A stretch of DNA of 64,000 nucleotides, taken from the human T2T-CHM13v2.0 reference genome, Homo sapiens. The translations under genes and the position numbers were made by a program. Where the stretch lies: NCBI RefSeq assembly GCF_009914755.1, contig NC_060928.1; one strand, written 5' to 3'. The notes under the pieces are model-generated. The model ran no database searches. It was not told the origin of the DNA and worked only from the letters and a program-made list of their open reading frames with translations. Shown here piece after piece: positions 31,823 to 46,828 of this stretch (positions are counted from its first letter, which is position 1; each line of letters opens with the position of its first letter).

Positions 31823-32649
31823 ATCTATACCTTTTTTAAAAAGACTCAGAGATGAAAAAAAAAAAATTAGGAAATATAAAATTAAATAATTAAAAAGTAA
31901 ACTCAAACAATGAAATTATTTGTCTGAAGGAAGCGGAACATATGCTTTTAAGGCATTTGAATGCAATAAAAAGCAAAACAACACAAAACAAAGAAAATCT
32001 TGTGCTAGAAACATGCTTAAGATTCTCTGAAAACTAAGAGAAAAGAAAATATGATCTTCAAATTAATTTAAAAATAATATCCTGCAAATACTTGCAGAGA
32101 TAATTTTTTTCTTAACATAACATCAGTGAGGAATATATCACCTAACCTTACATAAAAGACCTTGACAACTATTGTTAACAAAGTATCTTAGAAATGATGG
32201 TTAGTGAAAATGTACTGTACCATTTAATTCTAACCCAGCAACTATGAAAACATTGAGGCAAGTTTGGCCTTTTTAATCACGAAAAAATTTTGCACTCTAT
32301 TACAGACTGTGATCTGAGTTAATTGTGTGACCCTGAAGCCAATATTTGCCCTTTCTGAGACTTTTTGTTTCTTCCTGTTTAAAAAGAATTGTGGAAATCA
32401 GGATTAGCGTAAAGAAATAGTTAACTAAATTATCCTCTAGATCATAACCCTCCCATAGTTTTTCTACACAGATGCAAAATATGAATTAATCTCACATACT
32501 ATATACCACTGTACTTTCAAAGAGTCTTCAAATAGTTATGCCCAGTTGACAAGGAAACTGCTGCTTTGACTCCACCACTCAAAAATAAGATGTCAGTAGC
32601 AGTAACTGTAAGTCCCGTTCCAGCTATTCAAACTAAAAAGGAGTTCATG

Positions 32650-32932
32650 GAACTGAACATGGTTGCTCAGGCCTATAGTCCCAGCTGCTCAGGAGGCTGA
32701 GATGAGAGAATCACTTGAAGCCAGGAGTTTGACACCACCCTGGACAACACAGTGAGACCTCCATCTCTAAAAAATATGAAAAATTAGCTGAGCATGTAGT
32801 CCTAACTACTCAAAAGGCTGAGGCAGGAGAATTGCTTGAGCCGGAGAGTTTGAAGCTGCAGTGAGCTATGATCACACAACTGCACTCCAGGTTGGACAAC
32901 AGAGTGATATTCCATCTCAAAAAAAAAAAAAA
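32650..32932 (+). mobile_element. Alu SINE (AluJo/Jr-like)
   Basis: Diverged dimer with gtgagctatgatcac and polyA. Confidence 0.88.
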
Positions 32933-32959
32933 GTCATTTCTTTGTTTTCTCTTGTTCTT

Positions 32960-33100
32960 CCATTTCTGATCAGGTCATGGCTGCTAGTTTTGTTTATCAG
33001 TGATCACCACATTACTAAACCCAACGGGCATTTCTCAATTCTCATCTTAACTTAATATCTCAACACTCCATTTCTTAAAGCTACTTCTTTCTCCTTCCAT
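32960..33100 (+). mobile_element. L2 fragment (donor of the templated insert)
   Basis: tgatcaccacattactaaacccaacgggcatttctcaattctcatctt resembles the end of L2 ORF2. Confidence 0.55.
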
Positions 33101-33808
33101 TACATAACCATGAAGATCACCATGATGGATTCTTGGAATTCTTACACGCAAAATATTTTTAAATAATGTTTAGAAATATTTATGCAGGATACCGTGGTAA
33201 TTCTTCTTCTCAGTTTGCCACAAACAATACGTTGACTCAGCCTTGTATCTTTGAAGTCTGATTTTCCAGCCTGCGAGAGTAGTTTTTTCTTCACACAAAA
33301 CTCATGTCTGCTGTTTACATGTCTGTACTACATCAATTAGGAAGAGAAATATAACAGCTAAGGAAAAACTTCACTCAAACCCCCTTAATCTTTAGTTTTT
33401 CCTTTCTCAGAATATGAGATTTATTGGAAATTACTTTTAACTAGAATGCTGGGTTTTAATCTAAATAGAGAAAGATATTCGCCAAGACGATTAAGCATCT
33501 ACATCCAGCAATCACCTTATTCTTTCCTGTTCTATTAGCTATCCTCTTCTGGGAACACTATATATACAATGAGGTTTCTCTCTGACGGAGGCAATCAATC
33601 AATCAATCAATCAATAAAACATAAATAACAGTTATACTAAAAAATACACGTTACCGTTTGATTTAACAAATAGCATAGAATTTGTGTTGACAGCTTAGTG
33701 TCAATCTTTCTTGAACTTTTTATTAGCTCCGCTACTTTGCCAGTTCTCTTAAATTGCCAGAGGAGCAATTTAATTACGTGTAGAATAAGGATAAGAATAC
33801 CCAGCCTG

Positions 33809-34111
<303 letters not shown>

Positions 34112-34204
34112 TTATTCGGAGGATTGCCTGTAACAATGTATGGAAAGCACTATACAACCCAAAAATAATATAGAATTATAACTTTTTTTTTTCAAAAGAG
34201 AAAG

Positions 34205-34620
34205 GAATTAGTTTTCTAGGGCTGCTATAGCAAAATCATGTACCACAGACTGAGTTAGCTTTAATGACAGAAATTGATTATGTCACAGTCCTGGACAATA
34301 GAAGTTCCAGTAGAGCATGGCAGAGTTAATTCTTTCTGAGGACTGTAATGGATAATCTGTTCTATGCCTGTCTCCAAGTTTCTGGTGGTTTGTTGGCAAT
34401 CTTTGGCATTCCTTGGCTTGTTAAGCACATTTCTGCCTTGGTGTTCATATGGCCTTCTCCCTGTGTAGGTGTCTGTGTCCAAATTTCCCCTTTTTATAAG
34501 GAATCAGTCATACTGAATTAGGAGTCTACCCTACTCCAGTATGACCTAATCTGAACATTCTAAATTACTGGGATTAGTAATTCAATCTATAAATTTTGGA
34601 GAGGCATAATCTAGCCCAGA
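34205..34620 (-). mobile_element. MLT1C-like MaLR LTR
   Basis: ttagttttctagggctgctatagcaaa...ggcaatctttggcattccttggcttg...ccaaatttcccctttttataagg. Confidence 0.8.
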
Positions 34621-34647
34621 ATGTTACATTATAAAAAAAGTGATCTT

Positions 34648-34690
34648 GGGGAGACAGAGAGAGACTCTGTCTAAAAAAAAAAAAGAAAAA
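34648..34690 (+). mobile_element. Extremely 5'-truncated Alu stub
   Basis: ggggagacagagagagactctgtct plus polyA; flanks aaaaagtgatctt and aaaaaggtctt resemble a TSD. Confidence 0.7.
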
Positions 34691-36339
34691 GGTCTTACAG
34701 CTCACACTTAGTCCTTTAGTCAGTAAATACTTCCTGGCTCTTATTCGCTGGCAATCACAGAGAGATTTTTCTAACTACACTCTTTAGAATATTTTTATTC
34801 ATAGAAAAAAGAAGAAAATGACTCTCTTAATTCCTCATTTGTTGATTACTGCTTATTTAGGCCATTAAACACCTTCAACTATTTTTTTATTTGAAAAATC
34901 ATTTCAGTTAAAAAGCTCTCTGTAAATCTATTCATGCAATAAATTTTGAGAGCTATTCCGTCTATGAAAGACTATTACCATGCCTTCTAAAATAAAATTA
35001 AAGACAGAGTACAAGCAATTATAAGGGTTTTAATGTTTAAATTCTAAGGAAATGAGGAATAATTAAGGTTTTCAACATTTTACAAAAGGACAGAGAGAAA
35101 TAAGAAGCATTACTTCTAATTGAAGGTATTTACAGCTAGATCTCCAATACGTTCATTCAACAAAACAATTGCTATAGCTGTATCTTTTTAATTGAATGTC
35201 ACAAAAAGCCAATAATAAATATTTAGAATATGCAACCTATTTTAAGCTAGAGTTCAGTCAGTATGCTATGGAATAAACTTTTTTTTTTCTTAGAGATGCA
35301 TGTGTTACCATATGAGATCCTAATATCAAATGGATAATTATTTTTAGATTCATTAAACTCCCCAAATATATCTATCAAGTTCAACTTAGATTAGGGAACA
35401 GGACTTGTGTGCTATTTAAGCCTCCCAGCAGGGTTTGATTATTCAACACATGTTCTCATAAAATTGAGCACATACTGATATAAAGGTAGTAATAGAGCAA
35501 GTAGGTATTACATAGCACAACTCCTCAAGGTAAACAAGGATGGGTAATTTAATTTCCAAGGTGACAAATTATGTTATCATGAGTGAGCAGGCAATTTCTT
35601 CCCCAAAATAAACTAAGTAGGCCAGGACAGCTTTAACTAGATGAAATCATTATCCTTTTAAAATACACAAGTGTTGAATAAAGTTAGTTTTCTCTGCTTT
35701 AGTGTCTTGGTAGAAAATGGCATAAGAAAACAGTGCTGCCTTAAGGTAATGTTCACCTGTTTAAATTCTTCAGTAAGGGAATAAAAACAGTATTACTTTA
35801 AAAAAAATACAGGTGTGTATACACACATATATTCTCTCTCCTATATTTTTAATAAATTAGAGTGCAATAATAGATTATTTAAAATAAACATTTCTTTATT
35901 CCCTTACCTTTCTAAAGGGAAAGCATGTAAAAATATTTATTTATATCTTGGATTTTTATAGCAATTATTAAAATTATTTAAGAGGCTACAGCTTTAATTA
36001 TCTTCTGACCACCTTCTACAGCACCATGTGTCAGACAGGTTCTAGGCATATTGAGAACATTTCTCTTCTTGTGTTCGTAATGGTACCAACCAAGATATTC
36101 CTGATAATGACCTCTCAGGCCTTCCTTAGTATTTTTCTATTTGAATTTATGTTTAAAATTATGGCTAATCCTTAGTAACCCCCATAGCGTTGAATAATCT
36201 CTAAAATAGTTTGCATTCTCAATTCCTTAAATTTTCTTAACCTCTTTCATGCTGGTTAAAAGACCTATATGTATCTTGAGTTTCATGGACTATGAAATAT
36301 AAGAATTTGAAGACTTTAAACTTTATTAAAAGCTAATAA

Positions 36340-36820
36340 AAATTACTAAGGAAGGGTTGAGAGAGGCAACTGACATGGACCTTGAGCATTTCTTCATGTT
36401 TTTGCTGACATACGAAGAATTTGAGACCCTGACCACTCTTTACCCATGGTTGTTTTTGCAAAAACTAAACTTGAGAGATGAGGTAAGCTTACATTATCTG
36501 TCACCCTCAGACTAGACAAAGACCAGGCTTGCTTCTGCTTACTGTAAAAGCAAGCTCATATTTCTCCTGTAATAAAATCTACTGCATGGGCATGCATCCT
36601 TGATGGACCTTTTGGATCACCTCTTTGGTACTTGGAAAACATGGGGAACCTAACACATATCATTAGGAAGTTCCAGCTACTGTTTTTGCTGTAATTTATA
36701 AAGTCCTTTATCTCTAATCCAGGAGTCTTATATTGTCTCCTAATATCCATGAAACTATAGCAAACTAGCATATTACCTCGTAAGTAGAATAAATTCTCAG
36801 ATGCTGCTCAGTTCTTAACA
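36340..36820 (+). mobile_element. Solo ERVL-class LTR (MER76-like, family uncertain)
   Basis: ataaagtcctttatctctaatccaggagtct...ctcagatgctgctcagttcttaaca 3' end. Confidence 0.6.
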
Positions 36821-38439
36821 GATAGAAATTAGGTTACTTTCTATTTGTTTCTGCATTTGATCGCACATAAGTTCGTCATGTATTTGTAATTCTTGAGGAA
36901 CTTTTTTTTCTAACTTACTTCCAAGTAATTTTGAAGAGGTGTAGAGACATGAAACAACACTAGCTTCTTGCATACTAGCTTCTTGCAATACTACAAAATA
37001 AGTCCATGTACTCTTAGTACTCAACTTGTATTTACTACTGACAATTGGAGGAAAATACAATTATGTGTCCTTAGAGGAAGAGAAAGACAGATTTTTAATC
37101 CTCTGTCAAAAGAAACTTGGAATGTTTAAAATGGCCATCATAATGGAAAATATTAAATTCAATAAGTAGTTTGGCTGAGTTACAAATATGGAAATAAGTA
37201 AATGGAGCACATTAAAACTAAAATGTTTTGTGGGTATAATGGCTTATAAAATAAATTCAAAAAGCAAATGACATTTTATTCACTTATAAATTCATATAAA
37301 GATCCTCACAATTGTTAGCCATTGCGTATTAGAACTGCAGTATTCAATTAAGGAGCCTGGCACAAATCTGAGAACTCTTATAAATATGCTTTATATTTGG
37401 ACGCTATGGTCTCCTAGTCAAAATGAATCATTTCTTTCAAATTTTGGCCTTTACCCAACTCTACAGGGATTCCTTCAAGGGTGAGTTTAATTCATCTGGG
37501 ATGTTTTTACTTCAACACTCATTTTACCTAAACCTACTAAATGTTGTATATGAGGAAAGGGCAAGATATATAAAATATATTCATCTCAGAGTCCGTTTAG
37601 TTGAAATTTCTCAGGAGAAAAACAAAGCAGAAAAACATCTAGTAATACTGGTCAGGATTTGGTATTTATGTATACGTGAATTGTATATATGTACTTTCCT
37701 ATACAGGTATACACAAATCTGCAGTTAGATATTACAGCAGATAGATGGCTGCATTTTAAATGGATTTGATCTGTAAACACATATACTAGTTAATAAATAG
37801 ACTTTACCTGATAAAAATTGTCATTACTCTTTTTAATCAATACATGTTACTAGCTAACATTATCGGGAAACTTCATATCTATAGAGTCTAGGTCTTCCCT
37901 CCAGTTTCCCAAATGTCTTTGGCAGAATAATAACTAGAATATTGCAGAAACCAGTTTTATTGAAGTTATGCCATAAGAAATTTATCTTCTCCAGCAGTGA
38001 ATTAAATGCCATTTTTATATGGAAAACATCTTCAAAATAATTTTGAATAAAGTATTGGAAATACAACAAAATGATGATATAGCTTTGCTAATCAGATTCC
38101 TTTTCACTTTTAAAAGTGTTTAACACATCTTTTGATATAATTTGGTAGAAGGAAATCTAATTTGCGCTTAAAATTCAGAGATATGTCATGATAGCAAAGA
38201 AAAGATTGAGCATTTTGTTGACAGATTTTCCACATTGGGCTTAAGGTAAAGGGTCTTGGAAGGGCTATCTTTGCCTCCACAAACATCCTCTACTATATGA
38301 TACTTGGCTAACAAACAAGTTTATAGGATATTATGACAAATGTTTATTATGTCGTAATTTGTGCTATGATCTAGGATATGTCATTCAACATCCAGAAGAA
38401 AGTAAAATTACGTTATGAAAAAAAGATCCTGCACTTGCC

Positions 38440-38585
38440 AGAGACCAAGAAAACATGAGTTTCAATTCCAATTCAACCTAATTCACTGTATGACTTTGGG
38501 AAATACACTTCATTTTCAGATCTTTTAAAATACATATAAAATGAACGTGAGATAATTTCTAACACTCTTGCCAACTCTGATGCTT
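38440..38585 (+). mobile_element. MIR-family fragment
   Basis: ctgtatgactttgggaaatacactt...ttgccaactctga. Confidence 0.45.
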
Positions 38586-41500
38586 ATTGATTTAATTAGA
38601 AGACATTGTGAATATATGTGAGACATTGGGAATATAAAGATGAGCTAGACATAAATTTGTAACACTCTATAATTAGTTTGAACATTCTTTATAAAAAATA
38701 TAAGCAAGTATGAGATAAGGTTATATTTAGAATGAGACTTCAGGAATTCTTGAGCCTTGAGCATTCTCCAGGTAGAAGGAAAATCTAATAAAAAGCTGCA
38801 TTCCATAGTGCTGTTATCAAAATTAAGACTTTTCTATGCATTATTTAATAAGACAATCAGGTTATTTCAATAGCTGTTTCATTATATTGCTGTTAATAAG
38901 ATTTAAGTTCAGTCGTTAAACACTTGTATCCTTTTCCTTATCATACTGCTGTATCTCTCTTTATTGTTGCTATTATGTTGGATTTTCAGTTCATTTTTTT
39001 CTCTAACTAGAAAAGAATAGTAAACAAGTTTGTATAAAACAATTTATTCCATAGTGTTTCAACACAAAACTCTTTGATCGACAATTTCCTATGTTAAGTT
39101 CATGTCCTGGTGTTGATAGGTAAGAAAAATGTGTTATCAAGGGATCATGAGAAGATATGAAACACTGCAAAATTACATTGCTACCTACTATTTTGGGCCA
39201 AATCAAGTTCAACAATATCCTAAGTTAGGGCTACATTACTTTGTGCTTTCAGAACTCTGTTACTTGCCTCAAGGTATATTGACTTTGAAGAGCAGGAAGC
39301 TGAATAAAGAGTTATTTCTTTTAGTAGTTTGCTTATCTCACAACCCTGTGTGTGTTTGTTATATATATGACAAATTGTTGTTTTGATAATGTTTTGCATA
39401 AAGGTGGACAGTAATAGTTTTGTAAAGAAAATATTAGGCTATACTTTTTTTTTAGTTTGCTAAGCAGGAATCTATGACATTGATTGATGTATCATTTTGA
39501 AATCTGCAATGGTCTTTAAGGTTTTAGCCTATGAATATGTATGAAAAATCAGTTTTAGTAACTGTGCTGTTAAGGATGGCTTGGAACTATAACTCAATAG
39601 CAATTTCCTTAAAAGAAAAAGGAACTTAAATTACAATAGAATAAGTGTTGATGAATGTCTTCTTGAAAAATAGCCTTCTGTATTCAGACTAATTTTCGAA
39701 TGATGACAAGAAGGAGCGACTAAAGGGGAGCATACTTAGAGATATGTCAACTCCTAGTTGAATTACCAAAGAAGACTTACTGTAACATTTTGTCCACATG
39801 TGTCACATTCTCTGAAGAGTTTTAAATATCATAATCAACACAGTACTATTACATTTTTGCTAAAGGAATATAGTAGCCTATTTCTCCTAAGTATATGTAT
39901 GTGTGTACATACACACTCATGTTTACTTGCATATATATGTTTAAATATGTGTATGCATTCATATATTATAGGTAAACATATGTATGTACATATATAGTGA
40001 TTGGCCAACAGATTAAGTATTAACATTTTTTAAGTTAGATTTAAAATGAGGTATTTTTTGAGTTTTTAATCCTTTTCTTGCTGACTACCGTAGGAAAAAC
40101 AATTAAATATATTCTCTTGCCGAATCAAGTTTGTTTTTTTTTTTTTTACACTTATATGCCTTGCTTTCAAAAGTAATTAAATAAAATGGAGTTCAACTTA
40201 GAGAATACACATGCAGGCATCTTCAAATCAGTTGTCTGAATGTGATTATTTTCATCGTTAAAATGAATTAAAAAAATTAAAAATTGGCTATTTGCTTCCA
40301 TAATGTATTCTTAATGTTGTTGTTGTTTTGTTGATTTTTATTTTGCTTTGGACTAATTAAAAGTCATCTGACACAGACAAAAACACACCTAAACACATAA
40401 GCTTCTAGGTGGTAATCTCTGAGATAATGCTTAGTTAAAATTCTTGTCTAAAACCTTTATTTACTAATGCACTATAGAAAGAAAAGAATATCAATTATGT
40501 TCATAGAATAACTGATCTTTTTATAGCTTTCTATTTAATATGGTAATAATCTTATTTACTGGAATTAATTCACATAAATTGCAATATATGATAATATAGC
40601 AGTAGAATAACTTCTTGTTCACATGCTCAAATAATGATAGAATGAGACAAAAAGGAGTGACCCGTCCAAATATAGGAAATCTAGTCTTCTTCTAAGGCAT
40701 ACGAATGATTAAACAGAAAATACTGAAAGAAAGAAAACATATGAACATATATCAGGTTACTCAAGGTGAGGAACACTATTACACAGCCACTGAGTGATAC
40801 TAGCAGTATTTTTTACCATGACTAGGCTAGCTATACTACATCTATTATTTAGGAAACAACATAAAATGTTAGAGCTACATAATGGAAAACTGTAAATGAG
40901 TCAACCTGCTCGACACTCAGACTTTCAGGCACCAGGTTAATGTCACAGAAGCAAACTGGTCAGCATCCAGGGCAAGGAGCCAGATGTAGTAACTGAACTC
41001 CATTCTCTGAAAGACAATAGCTCAGAGAGAAAATGGAGAAGTTTCAAGAGGCCAGGAGAATGTGATTTATGGTGGAGTTACAATGTGGCAGTTGAGAACT
41101 AGACAAGACTGTGGGACTTCATTTTTTCACCATTTGCAGCAGCTGATGGCAATAAAAATTGCAGAATGCATCATCTGCAAGGTATTTAAAAATACAGTTT
41201 CTCTGTAAAAGCAACTCTAATTAGTTACACAATACTGCTATTACGTTTCTTAGGATATGTATCACTTGTATCACATTTTTGCCTCCTAAACTCATATAAC
41301 CTTTCTTTGGCTTAAATATATTAGTATATGTTGTAATGTACTTACATTTAAAACAAGATTAAATGATTAATTTATGGTTATGTTACAGTCAATCTAATGA
41401 GAAATTACAACTGCATTTTCTTATATTTATGACTGAGTTATTCATTTAAAAAAGTTATTGTTGAGTCTTCATAATTATATATCAAGACTATGATCACACT

Positions 41501-41782
41501 ATGATATAACTTTTATTTAATAAGGGATAAAAATGTTAGCTTTATACCATAAAAATTCTTTTAAATATACAAATTAGGGACGGATTTTTAAATTCAAAAG
41601 TAATGAAAGTAATTCAGATTATTAAATGATTGTCCTCAGATTATACATTACCTTTTTCTGATGTACTTAAATAAAATTCAACTTATGTACATCTGGAAAA
41701 ATTGTAAACCTAAGGAGACATATATTCTTTCTTTAGGTGTTTTATTTATTTCCTTCCGATTTCTATTCCCACAGTGTTTTAT

Positions 41783-42170
41783 AGAGCTGAGATGCTCAAG
41801 AGTTAGCCACCAGCCACAAGTGACTATTGAATACTTGGGATGGGGCTAGTGTAACAAAGGTAATAAATTTTTAATTCTAATTTATTTTAATTAAAAAACT
41901 GAAGTGTTATATACTTTTCTGTTAAATATAAGTTTATTATTTTGGTGGGATTACAGTTCACTTCCACTGTTGACAATGTTCTATCTTACTTGAGATGTAT
42001 TATAATGTACACAGCTGATTTTGAAGACTTAAGAAAAATGGATTTAATATATCTCACTAATAATTTTTATGTTGATTACAAGTGGAAATAAAAATATTTT
42101 GGATATGTTGCAGTAAATAAAATGTTATTAAAATTAATTTCACCTGTTACTTTATAATGTTTTCATTTTT
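41783..42170 (+). mobile_element. hAT-Charlie (Charlie1b-like) DNA transposon
   Basis: tagccaccagccacaagtgactattgaatact; homologous to 3098-3531. Confidence 0.75.
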
Positions 42171-42238
42171 ATTGGTAAAACAATAATCCCTAACACTAAC
42201 TGGTTGAAATGATTTTGTTTTAAAAAAAAAGACACATT

Positions 42239-42776
<538 letters not shown>

Positions 42777-43137
42777 TGTTGCAGCTGCTGGCCAACTGAA
42801 GCAGGATTTTTCTCGGCCACTTTGCCAAACTTGAAGCAGGGGTTCCCCATCTACTCGGCCCGCTGCAGTCAGCCCCTTGCAGGAGGGAGCACATGAGAGG
42901 GTGAATGTGGGATCCCGCCAGACGCTCCAGGCGCCCACACATGAGTCAGCTCTGTGCGGCCCACGACCAGACCAGGCGTGTCACATTGAGAGGAACGCAG
43001 CAACACCCTGGCAGGGCTGCCTGTGACCCCGAAGTCCCAGAGTAGGTGTTTATGTATTAATAGGCTCTTTCAGTTCCACCTTCCGCAGCTCAGGCATGTT
43101 TCCAGATCAGTTGGCCCCAGCCCGGAGGCGTGGGGAG
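42777..43137 (-). mobile_element. MER52-like ERV1 LTR fragment
   Basis: GC-rich; ggagggagcacatgag...ccagaccaggcgtgtcac...gaccccgaagtcccagag. Confidence 0.6.
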
Positions 43138-45490
43138 TTATAAAAATGGTCAACAAGGATATAAGTAACTAATTAGCATCATCACTTAACATTAGCTTAA
43201 CAGCAGTAACAATCAGGGAAATGTAAATTAAAATTGCACATTATTAAAAAAATGGTTTTACTCAGAGATTCTGTAAGCAATAGATTTCAACCTAATTAAG
43301 AGAAAATAACAATCATTTGGGCTACCAGTCACCACCACACTGGCTGGAAAGTAGCTTGGCCATGTTTAAAATAATAATAAGAAGAAGAAGAAGAAAGGGA
43401 AACACTATCACTCTGAAAATCTTCTATAAATAGCTACAGAATAATTTAAAGGAGTAATACTAATTTGACTCTGAAAATTTTGTTTTTAGTCAATTAGGAG
43501 AATTATAAATTGGTGGCTCTAATTAATTTTTTATCTCAATTAACAGTTTTCTCTTTAGCTATTGACTTTCAGTTACATCTTATCACTGGTATAAATTAGA
43601 CTTTGCTTCTTAAGACTAAATTTAATTCAAAATTGGACCAGAATAAAGCATAGTATGGATACTTGGGACCGCTAGAAACAAAGTTAAAAAGCATGGACAT
43701 CTTCCATGGCTTGGCCTGACTCTGAGAAATATGGAGAATACATAATTGAGACTTCTCCTCCAGAAAGTAGAAAGATGTGGAATCTGGCTTCAACATCCCT
43801 GCCTGTTCAGAGTGCCATTTGAGGGGATGGTTTCTGTGTCACCTCACATAGCACACTGAGGGGATGATAATAATCAACATCAAAGGGAGGTCCAAACTTT
43901 AGACTTTTGGGAAAAACAAAAATCCAAAACAAAAGAAAGACTGGACACATGATGCAGCTAGGAACAAGAATCTAGAATCTCTAGCTAGGCTCATTGGTTA
44001 AGACTTATCTCAGTCAAAGTCAGTTTGAAAAATTGGGAAGTGGCTATTATTGCACAGATACCAATGCAAGCTACAAAGAAAAAAAAAAGAATCAGAAAAA
44101 CATAACACAATCAAAAGAGTGAACTGAAACAATGGAGATCTATAAATTGCCTGACAAAGAATTTAAAATAATCATTTTAAAGAATCTCAGAGAGATACAA
44201 GAAACACAGACAATAACAATTACAAATGATAAAAATTATACATGAAATAAAGTAGTAACTCTAAAAAAGTACATAGAAATTCTAGAGCTAAAGAATATAA
44301 GAACTGAAATTAATAATTCACTAGAGGGCCTCAACTTCAGACTTGATCAAGCAGAAGGAAGAATTGGCAAACTCAAAGGTACCTCATTTGAAATTATCTT
44401 GTCAGAGAAGCAAAAAAAGAAAAAAACAAGGAAAGTGCACAGGAACCTTGAGTGGATTATAGAACACTATCAAATGAACAAACATATACATTATGGGAGT
44501 CCCATAAGGAAAAGAGGAAGAGAAAGGAAAAGAAAATGTATTTAAAGAAATAATGGATGAATGCTTTCCAAATCTAAAGAGAGACATGGACATCTAGATT
44601 TATAACACTCAGAAGGCCTCAAGTAATATGAATCTACAGATTTATATGAAGTCTACATAAAGACAAATTATAATCAAATAGTTAAAAGTCAAAGAAAAAG
44701 AATATGAAAGCAGCAAGATAAAAATAGCTTGTCACATACAAGGGAACCTCCATAAGTCTTCAGTGAATTTATCAACAGAAACATTTCAGGTCAATGGAGA
44801 CAGAAATGATATATTCAAAGAGCTGAAAGAAAAAAAAAAAGCTGTAGACTGGAATAGTATACCCAGCAAAACTATTCTTTAGAAACAAAGTAGAAACAAA
44901 ATTCAATAGCACATTAAAGGATTATTCACCATGATCAAATGAAATTTACCCCTGGGATTCAAGGATGGTTTGACATACACAAATCAATTGATTTGATATA
45001 ACACCAATATAATGAAGGAAAAAAATCACATAATCATCTCCATAGATGCAGGAAAAGCATTTGGCAAAATCTGACACTCTTATGATAAAAACTCTTAACA
45101 AACTAAGTATAGAGAGAATTTACCTTCTTCACAAAATGAAGGGCATATATGAAAAAAGCCTGCAGTAACATTATACTCAAAGGTAAAAAAAAAAGAAAAA
45201 CACTTTTTTCCTCTAAGATCAGGAACAATGCAAGAATACCTACTCTGGCCATTTCTATTAAACATAATACTGTATGTTTTAGTCATAGCTAAACTGGCAA
45301 GAAAAGAAATAAAAGCCATCTAAATCAGAAGGCTATATGTTGCTAACCCTAAAGAATTCACATTAAAAGAAATTGCTAGAACTAATAAATTCAATAAAGT
45401 TGCAAGAAACTAAATCAACACACAAAAATCAGTTGTATTTCTATACAATAACAATGAACTATCTGAAAAGGATATTAAGAAAAAAATCTT

Positions 45491-45812
45491 GGCCAGGTGT
45501 GGTGGCTCATGCCTGTAATCCCAGCATTTTGGGAGGCCGAGGCAGGAAGATCACCTGAAGTCGGGAGTTTGAGACCAGCCTGACCAACATGGAGAAACCC
45601 CGTCTCTACTAAAAATACAAAATTAGCTGGGAGTGGTGGCGCATGCCTGTAATCCCAGCTACTCAGGAAGGTGGAGGCAGGAGAATTGCTTGAACCCGGG
45701 AGGCGGAGGTTGCGGTGAGCCAAGATTTCACCACTGCACTCCAGCCTGGGCAATAGGAGCAAAACTCCACCTAAAACAAAACAAAACAAAAAAAACACAT
45801 ACACACACAAAA
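45491..45812 (+). mobile_element. AluSp
   Basis: gtcgggagtttgagaccagcctgaccaacatggagaaacccc; TSD aagaaaaaaatct. Confidence 0.92.
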
Positions 45813-46045
45813 GAAAAAAAATCTCTTTTACAGTAACATCAAGGATCAAATACTTAGAAATAATCTTAACCAAGGAAGTAAAAAACGTGTACACTGAAAA
45901 CTATGAATTCTTGATAAAAGAAATTAAATAGACAAATAAAACATCAGTGCCCATAAGTTGGAACACTTGACATTATTAAAATGCCCTTACTCCCCAAAGC
46001 AATCGACAAATTCAATGCAATCTCTATCAAAATTCGATTGACATT

Positions 46046-46407
46046 TGTCTTATCATGGGCTGCTGTAACAAATTGCCATAGTCTAGGCGGATTAAACAAC
46101 AATATTTATATCTTACAATTCTGGAGGTTAGAAATCTAAGATCAGGGTTAACAATATGACCTGGTTCTGCTGGGGGTACTTTTCTGAGTACCAGTCTCTT
46201 GACTTCTTGTTTTATCCTAACATTGTAGAAATAGAGAAAGAACTAGCTATCTGGCTTCTTCTCACAGGGGCACTAATCCTGGTGATGAAGGCTACACCCT
46301 CATTCCTAATTATCTCCCAAAAGACCCAACTTTACATACCATTACACATTGGGAATTTGATTTCAACATTTAAATTTTGGGGAGACACAAATGTTCAGTC
46401 CCTTGCA
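46046..46407 (-). mobile_element. MLT1A0-like MaLR LTR nested in L1
   Basis: tgtctta...gggctgctgtaacaaa...ggagacacaaatgttcagtcccttgca; 5-bp TSD acatt/gcatt. Confidence 0.85.
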
Positions 46408-46828
46408 GCATTTTTAATAGGTATAGAACAAAAACATTCTGAAGTTCATATGGAACTATGAGAGACCACACATTCAAAGCAAACTTGGAAAAAAAAAAAA
46501 ACCACTTCTTTCAGTAAATAGTGCTGGGAAAAGTGTATATTCACATGCAAAAGAATAATATTGGATCCTTACTTAAACCATGCACTAAAATAAACTAAAA
46601 ATGGATTAAAGATTCATAATGTAATATCTGAAATGGTAAAACTCCTGAAAGAAAACATAGCTTAATAAATCACTGCAATGATTTTTTCAATGTAATACCA
46701 AAAGCACTGGATAAAAGCTGCCTCTTTTTAACAAAGGCTCTAATTGGCAAATTAATTAGTCATTGGGATTTTTTTTTTGCTCAGAAATATTTTAGGGTAT
46801 GAGGTCTCAAAGGTATTAACACTTTTCT

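Larger units (their letters stand above)
43620..46715 (+). mobile_element. Old L1M (5' UTR, ORF1, internally deleted ORF2)
   Basis: ORF1 remnants at 44060-44890, then ORF2 RT cacattaaaggattattcaccatgatcaa (HIKxIIHHDQ). Confidence 0.85.

Noticed and set aside
39835-40026. Overlapping ORFs on both strands
   Set aside because: TA/TG-rich low-complexity sequence
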